Assembly: GCF_006345805.1 (NCBI RefSeq)
Contig: NC_043002.1
Location: 46,128,001 to 46,192,000, forward strand
Source of the DNA: Octopus sinensis
Taxonomy: Eukaryota
Length of the DNA stretch: 64,000 nucleotides
Reading direction: 5' to 3'
Shown here: positions 8,461 through 20,400 of the stretch, one piece after another
How positions within the stretch are numbered: the first letter of the stretch is position 1
Layout: every line of letters begins with the position of its first letter
The notes under the pieces: generated by a model
The model's input: the letters and a program-made list of their open reading frames with translations, nothing else
Told to the model about the DNA's origin: nothing
Database searches by the model: none
Program-made: the position numbers and the translations under genes

Positions 8461-11400
8461 GTCTGAAACCAAACTTGGTGATTATCTTAGTAGTATATTC
8501 TGTAACCTTCAAACCATTAATAATCCAAGCAAGTAAAAACCAATATATTATTGAGTATTGGACTAAAAAAGCTGAAAAACAAATGGAAATCAATACATAT
8601 ATGCCAACACACTACAAACCCTATCAAATTAAATATATTAGGACAAATAAACTCTTAGATGAACAAAGTTTACAGAAAAAGTTAAAACATATATTAGATC
8701 TAAGAAAGCTTAGGCAAATTACTAATTCCAAATTTCAAAATTTATTTAATGAATCTGTGTTGTCATTGGAAGTATTTAGGGATAAACATAAGTTTCAGGA
8801 GATTCATATTGTATATATCAACCGTCTTAGTGACTTAGTAACCATTAAACCAAATTTAACATTAATCAACAAAAATCACAAGTTTTTTAAAAAAAGGAAA
8901 ATTAAAGTGATTCTGGTGCCCTTGGAAGAATTATATCATAGTAATAGCTCAAATTTTATTCTTAATATCATAAAGCAAAAACATTTACATAATAATTCTA
9001 AAATTAGTAGCTTTTCTAATAGTAAAAAGTTAAGGGTATTTTATTTTTTGCCAATTAAGGATAGAGTAGATGTTTTAAGTAATATGTTTCTAAACCAGTT
9101 CTTTAAATTTTGTTTTCTTTTACATAATAACTTGGAAATCTGTGATAGGTATAACATTACAAAATTGGTGGAGCAAAATTCAGCTGTAAATATTAAAATA
9201 TTGGTTATTATGGAAGATACTTTTATGAATATTTCAGAAATTGCATGGTACTTCCTTAAACCTCAAGGGATGAATGGTTTTGTAAATTATGTTTATTTAG
9301 ACAATTACAACTTTCTAATTAAAAAGACTAATGATAAAATAAATGATTTTGTAATTATTTGTAAGATTAAATCCCAAAACAGTACTTTTTCAACACTATT
9401 TGATGATAGATTTAAAGATGAAGTGGTATGCAAATATCTTAGTTCTCTGGGATCCTCTGTGATATTAATAGTAAACCATGCTAAAAGCAATACAGACTTC
9501 ATTGATGAAAAATCTGTTGAACTTCTTCATAATTATATCCCTGAAATTAAAATTTATGTATTAAAATCAAATATAATTCTCTATTTTAAAAATCATTACC
9601 TGAAATATAGAATAATTTCTCAAGCCCAAAGTAACTACTCAACAAAAAAAGATGTAAATAGTAAATTCAGTTTAAAGAATTTTAAAAACAAAGGCATTTA
9701 TGCACCAAAAACTGCAGTTTCTCAACTACCCTACATCCTTTCATCTAATTTATTTCATTTTGATATTCAAAACCATCCTCTATTTTTTAAGTCTACAGCT
9801 TCCATAATTTTTACTCAATTAAATTCTGGTGAAACAAGTACCCTGAATCCAAGTGTCAGTCTGTTTATGACAAAATCTGTGTTACAAATGCTCAACAATA
9901 CAAATAACATAAAGTTATTTGGCAAAAACATAATACAAGTAAGGAATTACAAATTATTTACTTCTAGAATCAAACGAGATATTAGTTTTGGAAACAGAAA
10001 AAAGCTGCATTTAAAAAAGAATGATGATTCATCATACTTAAAAAAACCAAAAAAAATATTTAAAATCCAATCACCAAAGAAACTAGCCAAACAAAGAATA
10101 GTTTCAAACCAAAAATTAGAAGATGAAGTTGATAATGAGGAGTTTGAAACTAGGTGCTCACAAGAAAGAGAAAAAGAGGAGGGATCAGACGACAGTCTTA
10201 AAAAAATACCTGAAATATTTGATAAATTTAATTCAGATCAAAGAGATTATTATGAAGATGAGAAAGTTAAGCACAGGCGAAAAATACATTTTCCATGGAA
10301 AAGAAATAAATTACAGAAATTTATAAATTCTAAAAAGAGAATTTCTAAAGTATTTGGCTCAAATAAAGTAAACAAAATAGAGTTATCTTTACAAAACACA
10401 GCAGTTAAAGGTGGAAATGAAGGCAGCCAGTCAATTGCAATTTCTCTTGTTTGTATTCATGAGACCAATTTTATAAAATATGGAAATAACATACCCGTAA
10501 CACTAAATTGCTCTTCTCCTGGCAAAGTTGCTCCTAAACCAGATGATATAATTGTTTATTTGTATTGCACTCCAAAAATAAATAGCAGCAATAGCAGTGG
10601 GGATAAAGTAGATATAGACTTAAACTGTGTTCCTGGATTGAGTGCTACTTCTAATGGCTCACTCTTACCAGTGAATCTTCACTGTACTAGTGACCTTAAT
10701 ATTCCTTCATATAAAGACTTTCTTCATATATCTTTAAACTGTCTGCCTATTGTAAAATATAACCATTCTGTGGATGAAAAACTCTCCCATGGAATAGTAA
10801 CTAGTAAAACAATTGAAATATTAATGACAGGAAATAAATCAGACCAATCAGAAAAACATCTGAGAAAACTCTCTGTATCTCTCAAATGTATAACACGCCG
10901 AGGCTTTGCAGTAGATGGGAAAACTATAGATGTTTTTGTACATTGTATACCAGGTTATGTATCTAAAACTCCCCGTAAGAAGCTTGTTGTTGCAAAATCA
11001 AAATTTTCAAGGAAACAAGGAAGGCAAAAATGTCCTTATCATAGGCTAAAAAAGGGGAAGAGATTGTATATAAAGAGATATTCCTTGAAAGATAAAAGAA
11101 AAAGACTTTTGTTGATCGATAAAGCAAAGAAAAAGGGATCACAATCTAGTATAGGGCAGCCAAAACAGAAAAGCAGAAAAAAGTCCTTACGGAAAAAGAT
11201 AAAACAGAAATATTTAAAAAAACATTTCCCTTCTAAACCTTGTAAAAAGCTTATGACTAAAATATTTACTACTCCAGCACCTGTTTCATCTACTACACTG
11301 AAAATGCTCAAAATACATCATACTCTATCTGTTTTATTAAAAAAAACTATATTATCTAATCCTGTGACTACTGTCAATTTGAGGAGAACAGTAAGTAGCA

Positions 11401-14400
11401 GACTTTTTAAACAAGTGACAATAAGTCAGAAACCCCCAATATTTTCTATTCCACTGAAACATACCGTTCAAAAACAATGGCATAGTTCTACAGAATTGAT
11501 CCCTTCAGTGAGATCAACACTACCTGTTTATGCTGAAAAATACAACACAACAGAAAGAGTATTAGGTATATTTAAAGAAGTCCTTACAACAAACAGACAA
11601 GAAGTGAAAACTAGCAACTTAAAATCATACAAAACATCACAAAATATAATACAATATTCACCATTCAGTTCTTCTAATATCTCCAAAATAAATAGTACTA
11701 GCAAAAAATTGGAACTCATAAGATCAGAGAAGTCATCACCAGTTAGAACACAATCTTACATGGTTACATCAAAAACATTATCAATCATTCCACATAATAT
11801 ACCTACAAAAATTACATCTAATTTTAGTCTGGATATTCTGTATCCAGAAAAAACAACTTTGGTGATAACCAAATTAGTTAAATTAGGTGAAAGTATGAGA
11901 TTATTTCCTAATATCTCCTATACTGAAGGAACAACATTCTCTAATTTGCATCTTAGGATCCAGTCTCAATTATATCAAAATAATCAAAGTAAAAGTATTC
12001 CTTCAAAAGATTTGAGTTCTTTAAAAAGTTATTATACTACTGTGAAAATATCCCTATCAAAGCAGGAGCCCTATTCCACAACTGCCATGGATTCATCATT
12101 TATATTCAAAAAGTATTTATTAGGACTACTTCAGACATTTAGAAGTATTGAGAGTACATCAAAAGCCCCAAAAGTATATCAAACTACACCTACTTGGTGG
12201 GAGTTATTGAAACTAAATGTGTCTAAATCACTAGAAACATTAGTAAAACCAGGTGAGAAATTTGTAACAGTTGCTTTAGACCAAACCAAATCAGTTGATG
12301 ACTTGTTTAAAAGCCTATCATTCATGACAGAAATTAACCAAACTACAGAACAAAGAGATGGTAGTAAAATAAAAATATATGAAATGCTTTCAAAGTCAAC
12401 AAAAAGAAAGTTATTTAGTGAAGAACAGATAATGATAACAACACAAGTAATTCTTCAATATACATTGTTTGAAAAAGTAAAAACACATGTAAAATATCAG
12501 CTAACACCAAAATATTTTTATACATTTTTAACACCATCTTTCTTATCTGATCAGATAACTACACCAATTACCAGAGAGAAACTACATAAATCACACTTTA
12601 TACCAACTGTATGGTTTATTGAGAAAAGTACATCTCAGTCTGTATTTCTTAGTATAGGCAGTCCAAAGATTCCACTGCTGATGAGCACAACGCACATTCT
12701 AGATCAACAGTTTTGGGACAAGATCTCTAGAAGAGTAACTGAGAAAATATCGACAAAAAAAGCAAGACAGTTAATTAAAGAATTTACTTTATCAGATGTC
12801 TCACAGAGTTCTGACAAAGGTTTCACTTCAGGAGATACAGATTTACTATATATCAACGCAAGCAAGAAATTACTTTCTCCTGGATCAGTTCATATAAAAT
12901 ATGTTCTTGGAGGAAATGTTGGTCAAGATGTAGGCTTGAACTATAACTTAAACACATATGAGATTTTTGTTCCTTGGTTATATATAACAGAACCAATGGT
13001 TCCATTAAATGAGTCTTTGATTACAGCAAAACATGAAAGATCAACTTCAGTAGAACGATTGAGACAAATTACCAAAAGTGATGATGAATCAAAACAAATT
13101 GGTTTAAAATCCAAAACTATTCATGATGATCCGAATTTAATTTTGGCTTTGTCAGGAGCAGAATTTGACAAGAAAAGTTTAAATGATGATAGAAAGTTAA
13201 TTTTCCATAAGCCAATATTACCTGCCTATTCTCTACCAGAAGAAACTGCAACCCCTATTTTATTCCAATCTAATGTACAGTATTTTGACCAAGAAGTTAC
13301 TTTTATAGATCTGACATATACTTATGATAAGGAGATATATGAAGCAAGAGAAACAGGCTCACTAAAAGAAATGTCAGTCCCATTTACTACTTTTCAAGAA
13401 AGGATATCAATTATGCCTCCTGAAAGCAGAGATTACATTGACTCTGGTGTTGATACAATAGAGTTGGAATTTATCACACAACAAAGGATGCTAAAATATA
13501 AAACTGAAGTAGAGGATAAACGTGGATTTGAAATTTTGAAAATTCCAAGAATTAGCGAAGAAAAATCAAGCGATCTTTTCAGTTCTACAACAATAACATT
13601 TGAGAGAACTCTGACTTTACAAACAAGAAATTTGTCAACTAGATCATTAAAATATGTAAGGACTGGAAGATTAACAGAAATTATCATTCAACATAAAGCT
13701 GTGACAGAAGCAACCATTTCAAGAAATACTACACATGTGCTTCTTTTAGAGGAATTACATTCTTATTCTTTTGCAACAACAATCTCACTGTTCAGAAGTA
13801 ATATAACTGCTGTTGCTAAGAAAGTTGTGACAGCTCCCCAAATACATATAGGTGGATCAATTTCTGCTAGTTATGTTATTGTTGATATGGATAACATCGT
13901 AGTTTCACAAGTATACACAAGTGGATCAATTTTTTCTGAGGATTTTATTGTTACTAGGGATGAAGTTCTACAAGCACATTCAGATCAATCATTTGTTGTG
14001 AGGGACATCACAATTTCACAAATACATATAAAAGTGACAACTACTAATAAGAATACAGTTGATACTAGGGAGACTGTTACAGTTCCACAGATACACATAG
14101 ATAGCATTCTTGGTCCTGTGAGTGTTGTTACTTGGAAGACTGTTATAGATTCGCAAATACATATAGACGATTCTCTTTTTACTAAGGACATTGTTACTAG
14201 AGATATGATCACATCTCAACAAATACATACAAATGGATCCACTGTTTCCAAAACTATTGTCGTTGCCAGTAATGTGTCCAAAGTTCCACAAATACATACA
14301 GTTGACTCCTTTATTTTTAAGGACAGCTTTCCTAGAGATATTGCTTCAGTTTCATCAAAAGGCATTGATGAATCAAGTATCCCTAAGTATTTACATATTG

Positions 14401-17400
14401 ATCTACAACTAGGCAGAACAAAACCAGAGATTGCCTTAGATGTTGGTACAACTCTAAAATATGATAGTAATGATTCAGTTTTTGTTACTGATGCAAGTGC
14501 ATTTCCCAAAATTTTAGAAAGATTAGCCATTAATGTTACACTGTTGGAAAAGGATGCAGATACTATGGTTGTTAGAGATTTTGTCACAGCTACACAATTA
14601 CTGAGAAATGGATCAATTATTACTAAAGATTTAGTAATTGATGGTTATGTATCTATTACTACAAAGAAAGTTATTACAGTACAAGTTGATTTAAATGGAT
14701 CATTTATTACTAAAGCTGCATATACAGTTCCAAATATTGATATTTCCAGATTAGATATCCCAATGGATGAAGCTACTCCAACAAGAATTACTAGTGATGG
14801 ATATATTGTTGCTCCTAACATTACATCTGTTCAACAAATTAACATCGATGGAATGATTATAGTCAAGGATTTTGTTACTATTCCACAAATTGATCTTGCT
14901 GGTACTAGTGTCATTGTTACAGTTCTAAAACCCGAGAAATCATTTAATATCATGGATGCAGTTACTGTTTTACTAAGCAATGCAGAGGGACTTAGTACTA
15001 CAGCAGATGCTGTAGTGAAGATTGGTCAAGATGAATTGGCTGTTGCTATACATACTGTCCAGTACCCACAAGTAGATGTATACACTTCATTTCTTACTAG
15101 AATACCTGTTATCTTTAAACAAACTGATATGGCTGTTACTAAATCAGGAAGAGTAAAAGATGAGTTTCTTGTTGCTAGATATAATGTTTCAGACCCACAA
15201 ATTTATGGATCAGATATTGTTAGTGATGCTGTTGTAACTAGTTCTGTTTCACACAGATACTTTGGTGGATCAACTTTAGTTCAGGACAGTGTTACACCAG
15301 CAGAAATTGACATGTATAAATCATTTGTAACCAAGGTTTCTTATAGCATGCATACTGATCAATTGGAAGATGCTGTGGATGTTGACGAATCAGATGTTAC
15401 AAAGGACACAGTTACCATTCCTTACATTACTAGAGATAAATCATCCATAGATAGATATATTTCTGTTGTTTGGTATCCTGTTATAATGATTTCTAAGGAT
15501 GGTGTTACTGTTCCACATATAGCTGGGTCAGTTCAACAAAGTACATCACTTCCAACTAGAGGTCCTGCTTTTATTTTGGAAGTAGTTAGTGGCAGATCAT
15601 TTGATCCCAGATATGCTGTCAAAGTACCTCCTTTTGATACTGATGGCCCAATTAGTTTTAGAGATTTTATTACTGTGTCACAAGTTGTTATTGAAGAATC
15701 TACATCAGTTCCTATGGGTACATCTGTAGTTTTGCCAAGTAACACAACTAAATCAGTGATTACTACAATTTTAATTAAAGTCACAGAAAAGGATGCATCT
15801 ACTAATACTAAAATAACTGTTAAAATTCCACAAATAGACAAGGAAGAACCAGTTTTTGGTAAGGATGCTGTTGATGATGTTAGGGAGATCATTAGTGTTC
15901 TACAGCCTGATGTAACTGTAAAATCAGCTGTTATTATGAGTGCAGTTACAGTTCCACAAGTTGATAGAGATGGATTGGTTATTACAAACGAAAAGACTGG
16001 GACAGATCCCCAAGGATATATAACAGCAATGAAACCACTAACCTATTTTCAGTCACCATTAACTTTTCAGAAACAGAAAACAATTACAATATATTTACCA
16101 TGGCATAAGACTTTTACTTCAAAATTTATAACTGAGCAGTCTACAACACAAACTAGACAAGATGATATTTGGTGGAAAAGAACACAAATCTTGGCTGATA
16201 ATGGTACTGATAAAAGAATAACTGCTACAGTTATGAGAATAATGGATATACAAACATTAGAAACGTCTCTCCAATTAGGAACTATCAAAACCTTAATGTT
16301 TAGAGTTGGTAAAGATTTTTTAAATGATTTATCAACATTCACAACAGAAAGAGAAAGCTGGAAGTTAACTTGGAGATACAATGTGACAATGTTACTAGAT
16401 ATAGTAGTTTCATACCCTACATTTTTTTCAACAGTGTCACCTACACTATTAATTTCTTCCACAAATATTAAAACAGATATTGATAAAAGCAAGCCAACAG
16501 TTATTCCCATTCAGTCAACAAACCCTACTAAGTCGTTTGGTACAACTATGAATCAAATCATTCAGCTAACAGCAAAAGAACTTTCAGAAGTGGACACTGT
16601 TACTTCCCTGACTATACTAAATGAAATGATTAGTAGCACTCTTACAGAAGATATATTTGCTTTTTCTGAAACATCAGTAACAACAACAGAGACCACTGAT
16701 CCTTTTTATTCAATGCTGGAGATGTCTGGTTATGAAATGCTTCATAAAAAAAAGTTATCTGAACATTTTAAGCAGATGTCTCAGTTAACTAATAGAGATA
16801 TGGAAATCTTAACACCGATGTCTTTATTGGCTCCAGGATATCATTCTGCAGACCATCTGAGCTCAGATTTCAGTTCTACCCAACAAAGATATTTGACAAG
16901 TATTGTTATTTCTCCCATTGAAGAATATTTTAGAAAAACACCAGAAACTACACAGTTATCAAAAGCCTTTTTTACAAGAAAGGAAAAACATGTGTCTCAT
17001 ACTGATTTTGTATCTAGTTTTTGGATGCCATCAGTAACTATAGAGACTATAAAGCCAAGAAAAGTTGATGGAGTACATAAAATTAAATCTAAAATGGTAG
17101 ATATTACTACATTTAATACCATTGATATCACCCATGGAAGATTACAGGGAAACAAAAGCAGATACGGTGAAGGATTAATTCTTTCTACTTACACATCACA
17201 AAGTGTAAGTCAACATTCTGAAGGCTTAGTTCTTTTTATAGGTAAACATGATAATGTGAGTGGATTTACTGAGAGGTTAGTTCCAACAGTAAGCTCATTT
17301 GATGTGAATAGATACCTGCACAGGCTTGTTCCTTCAAAAAGCAGTCCACAAAATGAGTTAATTTCTTCTTTGAGTTTGGAAATATCAAATATAACTAAAT

Positions 17401-20400
17401 TCAGTATTTCAACAGCTGAAAAGAAACACAAATTAGACTCAACAGAATTATATGAAGAGCATGGTCTTGAGGGAACAACAGATGTAACATTTATATTGGA
17501 AAATACACTGTTGTTTTTACCATTTGCAAGCCCGCCAGTGCTGAGTGAATTTATGAGTGAAACCTTAACTTCAGAAACTTCAACAGATGTAGAAGATACA
17601 GTATCATCTTCCTTACCAAAAGGTACATCAACCGAAACATTATGGAAACCTGATGCATTTCAAAAAACTTCTGATAAGCCAAAATATGACAAAGAGGATA
17701 AAATTACACCAAGAACATTATATACTGAAAATCAGTCTAAAATATATTTTCCATTCTTAAAACTACACAGCCAAGAAACTAGTTTTAAAACTAAAACCTT
17801 CTCAGAAGTACAGTCAAGTCCCTTGTATCAAGAAATAAAATTTGAATTACAATCTGAACCATACATGCATGATTTCTCAACTAAATTTGATAAATACAGA
17901 AGAAGTTTAATAAGTCAGCAAAGAGTGAAGCCATCTACAGATATAATGCAATCCAAACCCATTAAATGGCTAGATGTAACAACTGATGGTATTACAAAGA
18001 GTTTGATTAGAAGTGAAATGAAAGCAATGTTGGATCATACAAAACCAACAAGAAGGTATTTTAAGAAAAGAGATATAAGTGAAACTTTTTATCCATATCA
18101 AACAAGCACACCAGGCAGGTTTATTGATATTATTGATTTTTATGATAATGACACAGTAAAACAATTAAAAGTTATAGGTTATGTCACAAAAGAACATGGA
18201 GTTATAATTAAGAATGCTTCTTTTCTTCATACTATAACACCTAAAATATCTTCACATAAAGAAAATATTTCAAGCAGTTCTCTTTTAACCCTACCATCAT
18301 ATGAAAGCACTTACAGAGAATTGGAGTTTAGTAAACATGGTAGAAGCGATTTGGGTAAAATATTTACTGGACAATCAAAAATGCCACAAAATGTATCTAA
18401 ACCAATAAGAGATTTTGCAACATCGAAATTATTTGAGCCGTTTGAAACTAAACTTGGGACATGGCAACCACTTCTAGTTACCCAAACACCATTAATATCT
18501 GTATTCAAATCTCAGTATCAACTAAAAGAATATACAAAGAGAAAGATATTATATTCTTTGACTACACTTGCCAGATCTATAAATATGACAAAAACTACTG
18601 CATCAAAAGATGAAACATGTGTTTCTTTTAAAAAGGAAAGAGGAGAAGTGACACCCGCTTCATCAATTTATATATTAATAAATGGCAGTTCAGCCATAGA
18701 GGCAAAGACAAAGAAGCCAATAGCAACAAAAGAACCAATGACAAGAACTACCAGTCGTAAAATGAGCAGTGAAATTACTTTAAGCATTAGGACAAACATT
18801 TCTCATTTATCAACACAACACACTAAGACAATCCAAGATAAAATAACATTTGATTTATTGGAAAAACTTCATACAACTTTATTTACTCTAGCTGTTGTTT
18901 CAAACAGCACATCAAAGGAGTCTTTTATTATTACATCAGCTAGCAATGACATGCAGTCACTTTTAGCTACACCAGAAACAATATACCAAACATCATTTGA
19001 AATGTTTTTATTTAACATAGCTTCAAATGAAAGTAAAGTTTTCACAACGATGATACCTAAAATTAGACATAATATGTTTCAATTAAATGTACTGAATACA
19101 ACTATGTTGACTACTGCTCAAAAGATATCACAGGTAAGTAAATTATTACACATAATTAAACAAGCTGTGATAACTAATGCAACATTTGAATTAGTAGATG
19201 TATCAAGTACAGTATTCCCAAATATAACAAGTATCACTGCATCTGAAGTAAAATTGTCTGCAACTACAGACAGAGTCATTCATGTGGAAGAATTAACAAT
19301 TACAGTACAACAGATGTATGATGCAACAACAGAATTATCTGAAATGGCTCTTGTTGTTCTCCGTACTTCAGAATATTTTGATTCCTTATTAGCTACGAGT
19401 ACCAGTGCATTATTTGATAGAAGTCTAGATGTGTTTAAAATGAAAAATGAAAGTAATTTGAAACAATTCCTTCAACTTAGTACTAGTAATCAATTAAATA
19501 TACACATGAAAGGGACAATGGAAACATTTCATATTGGTGTAATCGAAACAACAAAATCTCAACGCAAAGGAACAGAACTGCCTATGTCTGAAATTCAGAA
19601 GAAAATTAGTGAAATTACTACAAGAATACTACCAACTGAAGTGAGTGAGAAAATAGATACAGCATTATTAGATGTAGCTGTTTTGCAGGGCACTGCCAAA
19701 ACACAAATGGCAGTTACAATTCGCTTTGAGATATTACACATTGATAGTGACCATAATATTTCAGCACTGGTTTTGGAAAATAAAAACATATCTGAGGCTG
19801 TTTTGCTTCCTTTCAAAGAAAATAGCACTCTAGCAAAACAGCCATTTATTACTGTAGATATTTGGTTTAATAATAAGACTATAAATGAACTGCAATATGA
19901 CCAAACTGAAAATTACTGGGTTGCATGGATACAGCAATCTTTAACACCTAAAGTACCCATTAAATTCATGACAGAGAGAAGAGTACAAATAACAACACAT
20001 GATCACTTTACACAAACCTGGAAATTAAGTGAAGCAGTTAAGCAAACCAGTGATGAAGCAATAACAAGAATCCCTCTTACTAAAACTACATCTCGAGAAA
20101 TAGCAATGAAATCTAAGTCCCAGGAATCACTAAAGGAAACAACTGGAAGTATGTTCTTGTTTAGTAGGGCTCCAGAGAGTTCTTTAGCACCACAGTTAAC
20201 CTCAGAAATGGAAAGTAAGGTTAAAAAAGCAACCAAATCTAGAATAGAAGTTGAAAGAAAATCCTTAGATAGAAAGACTATCAGTAAAACTGAAATATCA
20301 TTGATTTACATTACAGAGAGTATAACTGTATCAACAGTAGAACAGAAGCAAATTTTACCAAAACCATTGATAAAAATGAATGAGTCAAGTACTGTTATAA

